DNA of 64,000 nt, taken from positions 372,001 to 436,000 of the forward strand of contig PPNB01000002.1 in the NCBI GenBank assembly GCA_003707115.1, given 5' to 3'. This DNA comes from Tortispora ganteri. Taxonomy: Eukaryota. The position numbers were made by a program, and so were the translations under genes. Position 1 is the stretch's first letter, and each line of letters opens with the position of its first letter. The notes beneath the pieces are model-generated. The model searched no databases. It was not told the origin of the DNA and saw nothing but the letters and a program-made list of their open reading frames with translations. Positions 52,983 through 63,687 of this stretch are shown one piece after another.

Positions 52983-54542
52983 CTAATACCAGTAGCGGAA
53001 GCGAGGATGTCTATCACCCAACAAACCGAGATCGAGCTCCAATTGATCTTGTTCAGTGAAATTTTGCTCAGAGTTTTCTCTATCCTCAGCGAGAAGCTTT
53101 TCTCTGAGTCTATTGTCGCGGATGTAAGTCCATCTCATGACAACCATAGCAATAACAGCAACGCCGAAACAGGCAATGTTGATTCCATGGCCGGGTCTAT
53201 AGTATGGAGCCCATTCACTTCTATAGATCTGGCCAGCGATAGCACCACCGATGTTACCCATAGAATAGATCATAGCAGTAGCAACGGCGCGCTTGTTGGT
53301 ACCAGCAGTGTTGTTTGCTTGCCATGACCAGTTGGTGCAAATAGGTACAAACATGAACATGACAAAGAAGAACATAGCGTAACGGACCCAGTTTTCAGTG
53401 ACGGCGATGAGAACGATCAAAGCAGCCGATGCGACAAAACAAGGGATAACAGCGTGCCAGAAACGATCGTGGTGTTTATCTGAAGTGTAACCGGAAATTA
53501 AGACTACGATGAAACCAAGACCGTAAGGAGGGCAGGCCATCAAAGTAGCGGTAGTGCCTTGGAAGCCAAGACCAGTGATAACTGAAGGAAGAGAAAGAAT
53601 GACACTGTATACGGGGATGTAGGTGGCGAAGTAGATGAGACCCCATAAGTAAGTACGGTAGTCCACGAAAGCGGTTCTTGCGTAAGCCCAGTTAAGACCT
53701 TGAGCTTTGTGTTGAGCACGGTCTTTTGCGTGAATGGCCAAAAGGTAGTGACGTTCGCGTTCAGTAATGAAATTGGCATTCTCAGGATAGGGATACATAA
53801 TTAAAAGAGCAAAGATGCCTATGCCAGCAGTTACAACACCCTCCACGATAAAGATCCATCTCCACCCAGCGATACCGTGACTACCGTCAAGAGAATGAAT
53901 CGCAGTAGCAAGAAGACCACCGAAGGCACCAGTGAGAGATACAGTACTATATAGGACAGCATAGCGACGACCCAGCTTTTCGCGAGGATACCAGGTAGCC
54001 ATAAGGTAAGTAATACCAGGAAGCAGACCAGCTTCAGCAAGACCGAGGAAGAAGCGAATGGCGACAAGACCGGCGCCGTTTTGGACAGTACCGACCAAAG
54101 CGCAGATAGCTCCCCAAACAATTGTAAGGGCAGGAATATAGTATCTGGGACCTATAAACTTGAGAATAATATTACTAGGAGTTTCAAAGACGACGTAACC
54201 AACGAAGAAGATAGACAAGGCTAAGTAGTAGTAATTATCGGACAATTCAAGGTCAGCAGCCATTCCGAGGACCTTAGCGTTACCGATATTAGCACGATCG
54301 ATGTAACTAGCCAAGTAGAGCAAACTGGCAAGTGAGAGAACACGGAAGTCCACTTTGCGCCATACAACAGAGATTTCCTTCTCTGACAGGTTAAGTTCCT
54401 CGACAGTGACTTTAAGGACTGCAGAAGGAGCTAAAGAAGCAGAGTCTGAATCTGAAGAAGCGGATGATACATCTTTAGTAACATAGTTAGAGACATCGAC
54501 GCTCTCCGAAGCGGGTGCTGTGTTTTTCTCTTCTATAGCCAT
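52983..54542 (-). CDS. MFS transporter, anion:cation symporter (Tna1/Dal5-like) family
   Basis: KVDFRVL, DRANIGNAK, RFFLGLAEAG, GWRWIFIVEG, C-terminal DRHPRFRY. Confidence 0.92.
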   Translation of the reverse strand: MAIEEKNTAPASESVDVSNYVTKDVSSASSDSDSASLAPSAVLKVTVEELNLSEKEISVVWRKVDFRVLSLASLLYLASYIDRANIGNAKVLGMAADLELSDNYYYLALSIFFVGYVVFETPSNIILKFIGPRYYIPALTIVWGAICALVGTVQNGAGLVAIRFFLGLAEAGLLPGITYLMATWYPREKLGRRYAVLYSTVSLTGAFGGLLATAIHSLDGSHGIAGWRWIFIVEGVVTAGIGIFALLIMYPYPENANFITERERHYLLAIHAKDRAQHKAQGLNWAYARTAFVDYRTYLWGLIYFATYIPVYSVILSLPSVITGLGFQGTTATLMACPPYGLGFIVVLISGYTSDKHHDRFWHAVIPCFVASAALIVLIAVTENWVRYAMFFFVMFMFVPICTNWSWQANNTAGTNKRAVATAMIYSMGNIGGAIAGQIYRSEWAPYYRPGHGINIACFGVAVIAMVVMRWTYIRDNRLREKLLAEDRENSEQNFTEQDQLELDLGLLGDRHPRFRYWY

Positions 54543-56242
54543 TGTTCTATCTGTATATAAAAAAAGGTATAAGAATTTGAGACAAGGGAAGTAACCATTT
54601 TCTTCAGCTCATTATAAACGCAGTCATCGCGAAGAGCATCAATTAAAGTTATGATGATGTGAAATTTAGCGGATAAATTGCACCATCGTTCGCAATCAAA
54701 GATCTGGGACTCCGATTGGATGAATTACAAAACAAGTTCCCAATAAGGCAATTATCCGAACTTTTAACAATAGAAAGTACGAAAAATTAGTAATGTATTT
54801 TTTTTTTTTACATGCGCGTCATAGACTCAGGGGAACTTTTAAGTGCACGACTTAACTACCGGGGTTTGCAGCAGTAAATTAATGGAATGAGGTGATTAAC
54901 GGCGTTGCAGATGGGGGTAAGTATATGGGCGAATCGGATCACATCGTTTATAAAACAATAAGATTAGGGTGGATGTGAAGGCCAAAGGATCACGTAACGG
55001 TTCCCGATCGAAACTGCTTATAAATGGCGTATAGTTGAATTGCGATATATTAATTAGGTACAATCGATCATTAATAATGATATTATTCGATACTTTTGCT
55101 GTTCAAGTATGTATATAGCGTGACATAGTATCGCTATTTTGTCTTGCATTTCCGAAAACTGACTGTCGGGATGTAAAATTCTCTTATAAACGAATATGAT
55201 TGGTTAACGTCACCTGTAAATGATTTTTTTGAACTTTATTTTTACCTGACTTCCTACATACGCATGAGCCATATCGTGATCTTAATGATCTATTACAGCT
55301 GTATAGCGTGCAGCATTTATTTTCACCTTTTTCATAATCTTCAAAAACGCTACAAATCCTCTAGCTTTTGCAAAAATATGGTCATGTGCAGCATCTAAAG
55401 CACTTAAAGTAACGTTGCGTAAAACGAACTCTATTGATCTCGGGATGTCAGTTACTACGCTTATACTAGCAGTATAATTTCATGGTACATAGCTACAAAT
55501 TCTCCAAAAACTACATAAAACACAAAATACCTATACCCAATTGCTACATACATCTAATAGCCCATATATTGAGCTTTCGGAGCTGGAATAGTACTATTCA
55601 GAGCTGCGGACAAGACCGTGAACTGTAATTCCTATACTTCCCAATAGGCAGTATAATTGCTCCCAAATGATAATACCAATCCCACGCAAGAGAGGCAATT
55701 ACTTATTTTTTTCTTTCTTTGCCTCTTCCAGAAACTTAACTTCCTTCCACCTTCTACTTGATCTGAGACTATAACATACAATAAACTGTTTTGATTTAAT
55801 TATATTTGACGTACGTGTTATTTTGTACTCAATTTAATTGATATCTCTTCAATTCTGGTCTTTCAATCCTCTATCAAGAACAACTCTAGTCGGCTTTTTT
55901 CGCTCCAGGTTTTTCTCGAATATCAAAAGCCACAAAAAGCCCACTCGGTCGCTTTACACCTGTGATTTCAGCTTATAGCATCTTTTTTGCTGCTGTTTCG
56001 CGGACAATTTCCCGATAGGGGTATAATTGCCTTTATATCTCTTACAAAGAACCCTTACTAAATCGTTTCCTCGCTACAAATTAGAACTATACCCAGTGAG
56101 TACCCTTTGATTTATTTGACATTTCGTCCATTGTCACCTCACGCGTTTTCTTTTTATCTTTTCCTGAATAATCAGCTTTATTCGATTACAATCATCACCT
56201 TTTATTGCATTTAACCAGTTCTCCTTGCGCAATTCGTCCAAT

Positions 56243-57532
56243 ATGAACTACGTCAGTGATCTCATTCAATCAGACCAACCCACTCCTGTCCTCATCTCAC
56301 CTCCCTTGTCTCCAGGAGAAGACAGAAGCAGTGTAAGATCAGAAGATGCCGAACTCGCAAAGAGACTCGCTCAGCAGCGACTGGAAGAACGCTCAACGCT
56401 GCGACCTGCTTTTGCTCGCGTTCTTTCGGACACACCCAGAAAAGATTCTCCTTCTTCCGCAAATCACATCACCGCTTCCTCTACTAAAGATACAGGAATA
56501 ATGCGCTTAAAGTTATTAGACCAAACTTTGCCAATCGGTCCTGTAATGTCCGCTCCAAATTCCCCTGCACTCGAAAAACCAGACGCGTTCAAAGTAAAAC
56601 AACCTTCAGCATCTACAACCTCAACTGCTTGGGATTCGTTACGTAAAGATCCTCAATCTTATTACAAACGCGAACGCAGCTTTCTTTCCAGGTACGCTCG
56701 AGCTGGTTCAAACTCTCCGGTACGCGGAAACGACCGGCCTGTTACCGCCGCCTGCTCTCCTCTTGCTGTTAAAGCTTTGGCTAGACTAACTCGACTACCT
56801 CCTAGAACGTCAAGGACCCACTCAAATCCTCCGCCTCGATCAAGAAGAGAAGCATCTATAGATACAAGAGATCGTCGTGTCATGCACTTAGAAAGAGGTC
56901 GACGGGCAGAATCTATTGCTTCTAGTGCTGGTTCAAGGTCTCCATCGCCTTATGCTTTGCGAAACAATCAAGATCATTCAACGCATAGCTCTTCTGGCCT
57001 CAGCCAGGTACACAGGCCTGACGAGGATGTCGAAATGACTTCACCTCCGACTTATGGTCCTGTAAGGCGTCCAGCTACGCCTGTCAGGCGAGTCATTGCG
57101 GGAACCGTCGGCGGATCGAGGGAATCTTCGCCCTTGCGTAGAACCTCCTCGCCAGCTAGCAAAGTTCACGACATGGACTATGCAGCGCTTCCGGACTATT
57201 CGCCTCCTATATCCACACTGTCTAATGGCAAGCAGCTCCGTGCAGAATGGAAAGGAGCAGCTATGGACTTATCTGATGATCCGGAAGCGCATCTATTGCA
57301 TCCCGCAGAATTACAGCTAGCATCTACTTTGCGTCTTCCTTGTCAGCTATATCTAGACTCTAAAAAGCGTATATTTGCTGAAAAGGTTCATCGTCAAAAA
57401 CATGGTTTGCCATTTCGAAGGACCGACTCTCAAAAGGCTTGTCGTATAGACGTAAATAAAGCTTCAAGACTTTACATGGCATTTGAAAGAGTCGGATGGT
57501 TGAATGATGACTTGTTTCAAAAATATTTATAA
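56243..57532 (+). CDS. SWIRM-domain protein (Fun19/Yor338w/Laf1-like)
   Basis: LPDYSPP, WKGAAMDLSDDP..LLHPAELQLASTLRL..YLDSKKRIF..FRRTDSQKACRIDVNKASRL..FERVGW. Confidence 0.88.
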   Translation: MNYVSDLIQSDQPTPVLISPPLSPGEDRSSVRSEDAELAKRLAQQRLEERSTLRPAFARVLSDTPRKDSPSSANHITASSTKDTGIMRLKLLDQTLPIGPVMSAPNSPALEKPDAFKVKQPSASTTSTAWDSLRKDPQSYYKRERSFLSRYARAGSNSPVRGNDRPVTAACSPLAVKALARLTRLPPRTSRTHSNPPPRSRREASIDTRDRRVMHLERGRRAESIASSAGSRSPSPYALRNNQDHSTHSSSGLSQVHRPDEDVEMTSPPTYGPVRRPATPVRRVIAGTVGGSRESSPLRRTSSPASKVHDMDYAALPDYSPPISTLSNGKQLRAEWKGAAMDLSDDPEAHLLHPAELQLASTLRLPCQLYLDSKKRIFAEKVHRQKHGLPFRRTDSQKACRIDVNKASRLYMAFERVGWLNDDLFQKYL

Positions 57533-57880
57533 CCTGAAATTGAAACTTGAATCTATACACTACTGGGGTTTTTACATTTCAATTTTCGTTGATTCTTTTT
57601 TTTATTGGTTAGGTCACATGGAACAGTTATTGATTTTATTTAATGAATAATTTAGCAGTCTCTGCTATTTTTATATTTTGGTGAACAGGAACGTGGAGTT
57701 ATTGGTTTGTTAATTTTGTTTATTTGGTTTTTATTTTTGTTTTTTGTGTTTTTGTGTTAAGTATCCATATTTATCTTATTTGTTCATATATATAACATTG
57801 TCGATATGATTCTCTACTATTTACAAAACATTTTCTTTTTGTAATAGATAAGTATTGTATAATTTGTTAGTCTGTTAGGA

Positions 57881-60109
57881 TCATAAGTAGAACGTTGTGT
57901 TTACAACATCACGATATTTGCCATACGCAGTAACAAACTGCGAAATAAGAGCAACTAGCATGAAAATAGATACAACAATTGGTCCAAACGGTTCGTCTAA
58001 ATGGCGTCCATCGCGTGCACGTATCAGATCAAGTCTTCTGGTGAATACACCGTATCCCCATAGTCCTGAAAAGATGGATGCAGCGAAAAACATGTAAGCC
58101 TGCGGTGTTTTCCCCATGGCAAACGATACGCCAGCAAGTAGCACCATTATATGCATCCATTTGTTAAATGTACGCTCATTCGCAAGCCATACTTTAGCCT
58201 CAACTTTGACAGGTCCTGACTGTGAGAGCCAAGTAGTGGGACGACGGACTCCAGGAGGAAGAATAGGACCATCGTCATCATCGTCATCGTCGTCGGAATA
58301 CTCTTCATTGTTGTCATCACTATCTTCGTCTTCTCGTCCTACATATGCATCGGGGTCGGCCCCTGTAAAAGCACGTCTGCGGTTTGAGAATCCATTACCT
58401 AAGGAACGAGACAATGAAGTTCTCCCTTCTTGCATTCCCTGGGCGGTTTCTAATCTGCGAATTGTTTCGTTGAACTCTTCTTCATCACTGCTGGAATTTC
58501 CTTGCTCCCCAGTAGTAGCATCTAAAGTAGGTCCTAGTGGCTTACTCGATCCTGGAGGAACAGGTTTATCGTTGTCAGCATCTATTTCTGTTAGCCAATA
58601 TGGCAAAGTGCTGACATGACCATCGTCTTCAAATAAGGATGCGATTCCTTGAACGTATTTGGAGAACCTAGGGATTTCCTTCACCAGTCCTGAATCTGCA
58701 AGGTCTCTCATCCAATTAGGCAAAGAGCCTGGTGCGCCAGTTTCAGCGTCATTAACAACCTTGAGCTCAAGAACAGAGTAAGGAAACGCAGATTTCTCGT
58801 ATTTTCTAATAGTCGGGTAAGGGTACTCAATACCGCTGTCGTCAATGTCAGTGCGATGCCAATCATTAGGATCGCGCGATGGACGGTCTCCGAAAGAGTC
58901 TTCACGAATAAACAAAATATTAGAATCCAGAGATATGCGTAAAGAGTCGTCTCCGGGTATCTGAAAAGCAGTTCTAGTGAACACTGCTCGAAGGACTGGC
59001 TGCAGATTATTGTTGTCAATTGAGGACTTTATAGAGTTGACAGAAGATTCAAATCGGGCAATATCTGAATCTGGCAGATGTTTTTCGTGCATTTTGTGGA
59101 GTTGGCGTTCCATGTGCACATTATCGCCGAGGAAGTCGTTGACATATTTCAGTTTCAGCGAAACGCGCTCTTCAGTAACGCGGTCACCTTCGACATCTTT
59201 CTTTTCTATAATTATGGAGTCGTTGTCATTGAGATTACCGTGCCAGCGGATTCTGACAGCGGAGTCGAGTTTCTGCGCCAGGCGGTTCTCGTAAGTGTGG
59301 AAATCAGGAGAGTCGAAGTAAAGCATCGTTATCAGAGGATCGGAAACAGAGGAAAAAGGGGCCTTTGCAACCTGCGGGTTGTATACCAGTAAAGGGAGAT
59401 GGCGTAGAACAGCTGTCTTTACCTCTAGAAGGTTATCGGGGTGAACCCAAAAACGATAGGAGGTGTAGAGGGCCGGGGCAGAATCCACGGAGGTGACTGT
59501 AGGCGAGCCAATTGCAGTTTCTGTAGGCTGAGATGCAGACAGAGAAGTAGGCAATGTAGAAGAAAGAGCCGAGTTTCCTTTGGCGCCCGCAGTAGTAGTC
59601 CGAAGAAATGAGTAGAGCGAGGAAAGCTTCGTGAGGAGCGGGGAGTAATCCTCGTTGTGGAAGGACAAAGAGGCCATTCTGACTTTTAGAAGAGCATTCA
59701 CAGTATATTCTGGGTGTATTTTGTTATGTTTTTTAGCAATTTTATAAAATGCGGCAAAGTTAATACGAGAAAACTTGTTTAGTTCCTGTGCGAAGTGTGT
59801 GATATCATCAAGCTCAGCTTCGAATTTCGATAGATCGATAGAATGAGGATCTGATTGGGATTTAGTCTGAAGATTTTCGGCCCTTTCCATGAGACTATTA
59901 TAAGTAGCCTTTTCAAAAGCGTATACTTTTTCGAGTTCGTGATCCAAAGCGGATACGAACCTGGATTCATGAGCTTCACTCCATTGTTCGCCGTCATTAC
60001 CTGTAGTTATGACATTCTCACGGAGCAGCTTCTTTAGATTGTCGTAAGCGATATAATGGCTGGCCCATGGTCCATAAATCTCATTTTCAAGCTTTTTGCC
60101 AAACATCAT
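57881..60109 (-). CDS. VTC2: Vacuolar transporter chaperone (polyphosphate synthesis) subunit Vtc2/Vtc3
   Basis: SPX domain (MFGKKL..YIAYDNLKK), FWVHPDNLLEVK VTC domain, KVEAKVWLANERTF and TM segments; Vtc2 versus Vtc3 not resolvable. Confidence 0.92.
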   Translation of the reverse strand: MMFGKKLENEIYGPWASHYIAYDNLKKLLRENVITTGNDGEQWSEAHESRFVSALDHELEKVYAFEKATYNSLMERAENLQTKSQSDPHSIDLSKFEAELDDITHFAQELNKFSRINFAAFYKIAKKHNKIHPEYTVNALLKVRMASLSFHNEDYSPLLTKLSSLYSFLRTTTAGAKGNSALSSTLPTSLSASQPTETAIGSPTVTSVDSAPALYTSYRFWVHPDNLLEVKTAVLRHLPLLVYNPQVAKAPFSSVSDPLITMLYFDSPDFHTYENRLAQKLDSAVRIRWHGNLNDNDSIIIEKKDVEGDRVTEERVSLKLKYVNDFLGDNVHMERQLHKMHEKHLPDSDIARFESSVNSIKSSIDNNNLQPVLRAVFTRTAFQIPGDDSLRISLDSNILFIREDSFGDRPSRDPNDWHRTDIDDSGIEYPYPTIRKYEKSAFPYSVLELKVVNDAETGAPGSLPNWMRDLADSGLVKEIPRFSKYVQGIASLFEDDGHVSTLPYWLTEIDADNDKPVPPGSSKPLGPTLDATTGEQGNSSSDEEEFNETIRRLETAQGMQEGRTSLSRSLGNGFSNRRRAFTGADPDAYVGREDEDSDDNNEEYSDDDDDDDDGPILPPGVRRPTTWLSQSGPVKVEAKVWLANERTFNKWMHIMVLLAGVSFAMGKTPQAYMFFAASIFSGLWGYGVFTRRLDLIRARDGRHLDEPFGPIVVSIFMLVALISQFVTAYGKYRDVVNTTFYL

Positions 60110-60510
60110 ATTGTGAGATCCAGCAGCCATGAAGCCTTATTTTCAATAGCGGGCAGTATTGGCAGAGCAGGATCGTCCCATAAAGTTCGCGGGACCTTTA
60201 TATGGGTGGGGCAGATGGGAGATAGAGACGTTGGAAGTCACGTTGCAAAGATACCGCGTTCTAATTGGCTATACAGAGTTGACGAGTATTAAGCCACTAT
60301 TCAGTTTGTATATGTGGTCCAAGTGATCTTTTTTCTTTTTTCTCTTGGAAAAAATTCAATGAAACTATTCAAATCAATTGTAAATATCTATTATATTATG
60401 CAGGTTTCTAGTGCAACTGAGGAGGGAATGTATTAGCAGAGGTTCAGGTTGTATAAATAAGGTTTGACTTATCGAAGCAATGTGACAGAAGGCTCTAAAC
60501 CACAAGAGAC

Positions 60511-61422
60511 ATGGACGTTGAACGAGGTCTCGAGCTAATCAGTAAAGCTACATATACGGAGTTAACGGAACAATGCAGACATGCATCAGTTGCGATTGTG
60601 TTGCGTAAATCAAAAGGTACATATGAGATGCTGCTGATTAAACGGGCGATAAGAAAGGATGATAGGTGGTCGGGTCATGTCGCTCTACCAGGAGGGAAGA
60701 GGGACCCAGAAGATGTATCTGACCGCGATGTGGCAGAACGTGAAACTATGGAAGAGCTTGGACTTGATTTAAAATATTGCTGTGAATATATAGGGGCATT
60801 AAAACCTCAAAGAGTTGTGTCATCGGCTGCCAGAAAACCGTTGATGCTGCTCTATCCGTTCGTATATATCATGACTACCCCAACCGATGTGCGCCCCTCT
60901 GTAGACGAGGTATCTATGAGTTTCTGGGTTCCTTTGACTATTTTGACTGATTTGTCGATACGAAAGGAAATGCGGGTGTCTTTAACTCTCAGAATGAAGG
61001 TTCCAAAATGGATAAAACCCCTCTTGCATCTACTGACCGGCGATATAATCTTCGACACCGTCGATGTTACTAGCCATGCTGTCGATTTTACGTACCCAAA
61101 TGACCAACCAACTACTGCCGATCCCGTAAACCTGCATCTATGGGGACTAACGTTATATGTCCTTGTAGGCATGCTGGACTTCATGGCGCCTCGACCTATT
61201 GGCTCGTCCACATACTTACTGCCGAGACTGTCGCACTGGGACATGCGGCTCGTTCAGCTGATGAGCATCCGTTTCCGGCCTTTGAACATCAACGATAGCT
61301 ATCCGAATCTCTCTCAAGCCGATGCACTAGAGAAATGTATGTTTTCGATTCGCTCTTGTGCCAATATAGCACAATGCGGACGTCTAACTATCATTCTGCT
61401 CATCTACTCGATCCTAAAATAA
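60511..61422 (+). CDS. Nudix hydrolase, CoA-pyrophosphatase-like
   Basis: WSGHVALPGGKRDPEDVSDRDVAERETMEELGL Nudix box; LWGLT. Confidence 0.88.
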   Translation: MDVERGLELISKATYTELTEQCRHASVAIVLRKSKGTYEMLLIKRAIRKDDRWSGHVALPGGKRDPEDVSDRDVAERETMEELGLDLKYCCEYIGALKPQRVVSSAARKPLMLLYPFVYIMTTPTDVRPSVDEVSMSFWVPLTILTDLSIRKEMRVSLTLRMKVPKWIKPLLHLLTGDIIFDTVDVTSHAVDFTYPNDQPTTADPVNLHLWGLTLYVLVGMLDFMAPRPIGSSTYLLPRLSHWDMRLVQLMSIRFRPLNINDSYPNLSQADALEKCMFSIRSCANIAQCGRLTIILLIYSILK

Positions 61423-61530
61423 GAATCCTTTTTTTTGACCTTTTCGCGAACCTTATAAAAAAAACTCTAATTACTGTCACTTCACCTCTATTCTTTGTTT
61501 ACTTCTTCTGTGCGTCATCTACACCAGAAA

Positions 61531-62361
61531 ATGTCTGAGAAACGGCATAAATTACTTTTAAAACCATCAGGATCCTCAAATTCAGAGCTATATGAATCTA
61601 TTTCGCAATACACAGATGCAGTCAATGCCCTGATAAATGAGAACAGCTCTCTGTCCAGCGAAGTTGCTGATATCAAACATACCAACTCCAATCTGATGAA
61701 AGAAATAGGAAAATTACGTCAATCTCTCTCAAGTCAGGCTACAACTATTGCTAAGCTACAAGCTATGCGTGCAAAAGATATAAAGACCCTTCAAATCTGG
61801 CGCGAAAGCTTCGAGAAAATACAGTCTCAGGTCAACAAGCGCCGAAAGAGGGTCTCGCACCTCGACGAAAACTCTCACAATAAAGAAAATACAATACCAG
61901 TAACATCGCAAAAACGATCTCAAGTTGGCTCGCTAGACTTAGATGACCATATCGCATTACCTAGAATAACCAAAGCTGTCAGATGTTTATCTGATATTAC
62001 TGGCTGCTCCACAACTCCTCCCATCAGCGTCGATCTACCTCCACACCCAAAAGGTAAGCAATGGGATTACGATGACTTCTACTACGATTCCGACCAATGT
62101 GAGAAGTGTTTACAGTCTGGTAACAAAAGGCGGTGTCGTCATTCCATTCGTTTCGTTCCTCCGGCGTCACCTGAAGGCCTGTGGAGAACGGGGTTTGCAA
62201 ACTCTCAAGAAAAGCGCCAAGATCGCGCCAATACTGAGCACACGAAACATTTAGAGCTAAGACGACGGTTTGAACAGGCAATAAAGCCTAATGGAGCTTA
62301 TAGATTCAGCGATAAAGATGTTGAAGCAAAATTGACGAAAAAGAGTGTTACACAGGTATAA
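61531..62361 (+). CDS. SAE2: Sae2/Ctp1/CtIP-family DNA end-resection factor
   Basis: N-terminal coiled coil; CEKC; RCRH..PPASPEGLWRTGFANSQEKRQDR and AIKPNGAYRF resemble the SAE2 domain. Confidence 0.7.
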   Translation: MSEKRHKLLLKPSGSSNSELYESISQYTDAVNALINENSSLSSEVADIKHTNSNLMKEIGKLRQSLSSQATTIAKLQAMRAKDIKTLQIWRESFEKIQSQVNKRRKRVSHLDENSHNKENTIPVTSQKRSQVGSLDLDDHIALPRITKAVRCLSDITGCSTTPPISVDLPPHPKGKQWDYDDFYYDSDQCEKCLQSGNKRRCRHSIRFVPPASPEGLWRTGFANSQEKRQDRANTEHTKHLELRRRFEQAIKPNGAYRFSDKDVEAKLTKKSVTQV

Positions 62362-62432
62362 TAGACAATAGTCATGAGATATAATTCCAGTTAATTTAGA
62401 TAGTTGATTTAATTGGTGGGCTAGTCAACCGC

Positions 62433-62954
62433 TTATTCGTCTTCCTCACCGGGCAAAGGTCCGCGAGAAGGAGACTGGATGGCATTAATGCCAGAAAATG
62501 GCTCAGAGCGCTGTTGCTTGTAAATTTCATTGGTCTTCTCTTCCCATTCACGAGACATAGTAAAAGGCTTGTCAGCAATGAGGAAGTACCTGATGGTATA
62601 GAATAAACTAATCGAAGCAACAAGACCAGTAATGATTCCTAAACCAATTTTAAGCCCATCACCCGGTTGATGAACGGGGCGACGAGGACCCCAGGGTCCA
62701 TATGCAATATACCAGGCAGCGCGTTTCTCAGCAGTAGTCAACTCTGTCCATGGGAGCTTCATGCGCTCTTCCAATTGAGAGATAACGTCTTGCTGTTCAT
62801 CGCGGCTCATTACTTCCCAGCGGGACTCTAAATCAACGAGCGTAGGAGCAGAAACAGGGTGTTGTGCTACAGCTGACGCTAGACCGCGTACGCTGTTCTG
62901 GATGGTGCGGGCTCTTAATTGCTTTGAGGCACTCAAAAGAGAAGTTCTTAGCAT
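62433..62954 (-). CDS. COX5: Cytochrome c oxidase subunit V (COX4 family)
   Basis: Presequence; LESRWE..PWTELT..EKRAAWYIAYGPWGPR; TMSREWEEKTNE. Confidence 0.95.
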   Translation of the reverse strand: MLRTSLLSASKQLRARTIQNSVRGLASAVAQHPVSAPTLVDLESRWEVMSRDEQQDVISQLEERMKLPWTELTTAEKRAAWYIAYGPWGPRRPVHQPGDGLKIGLGIITGLVASISLFYTIRYFLIADKPFTMSREWEEKTNEIYKQQRSEPFSGINAIQSPSRGPLPGEEDE

Positions 62955-63494
62955 CTATTAAAAACTGTTAGTAACTGATTCAACTGGAAAAAAAAGGGGG
63001 GAATACAGGTTGTCTGTCGGTACATATTCCGTTCTATCGTAAGAATTGCTGTTGTAGAGAAACCTAGCCAATCATGAAGTACATAATTAGAGTTTCAGCA
63101 GCTTCCCGAATCGCCGTAAGTGAATGGGAACGCCGAACAGCGTCGTTCAAGCAGAAACGGACAAATTGCAATTAAAAGAAAGCCTTCCAGTTTATTAATC
63201 TCTGTTTAATGCGTTGAGATGCAGGACATCTCCGCCGAGTCCCAGTGAGTCCCAGCATGGGTGGCTAATTGCCCATGTTTGTGAGTCATTCATCGCACCA
63301 AATCAGGAAAAGAAGCTGGCCGGTGGAAGAAGGGGAGTCCATAAAGGTGCGCGAGAATTCCACAACAGCAGTCATAAAGAGATAATAAGTGGATAAATTA
63401 GTCTTTCTATGGTAATACCAACATGATATTGCAATAATTGCACGTTTTTAGCGCATAAAATACCCTCAATATACCCCCTAAAGCATCTACTCAC
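62955..63494 (-). other. Predicted 540-nt 5'UTR intron of COX5
   Basis: Minus strand: AAAAG|GTGAGT donor at 63494, perfect TACTAAC at 62973-62967, and TAG acceptor directly abutting the ATG. Confidence 0.65.
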
Positions 63495-63687
63495 CTTTTC
63501 TGTAGTATAGGCAAAAGTTTGGGTAGTGGAGAGGAATTCAATGTCGGCTGATTTGCGAAAAAAAAAAAGTTTCGTTGCTATGCCAACTGTTCACACAATT
63601 ACTACTACGAGAATGTAGGCATAATATAGAATGAGCGTTAAATAATGATTGTCATTGGTACATTAAATGATATCGTTAATCGGTAGG

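Noticed and set aside
63024..63070. ATATTCC...AAACC resembling snR30/U17 m1/m2 motifs
   Set aside because: Motifs imperfect, no correctly placed ACA box, and no room for the 5' part of the RNA
63100..63440. SRP RNA, RNase P/MRP, U1 or TPP riboswitch identity for the structured element
   Set aside because: Diagnostic motifs (SRP helix-8 spacing, P4 strands, ATACTTACC, TPP core) not found by eye; kept as an unidentified structure
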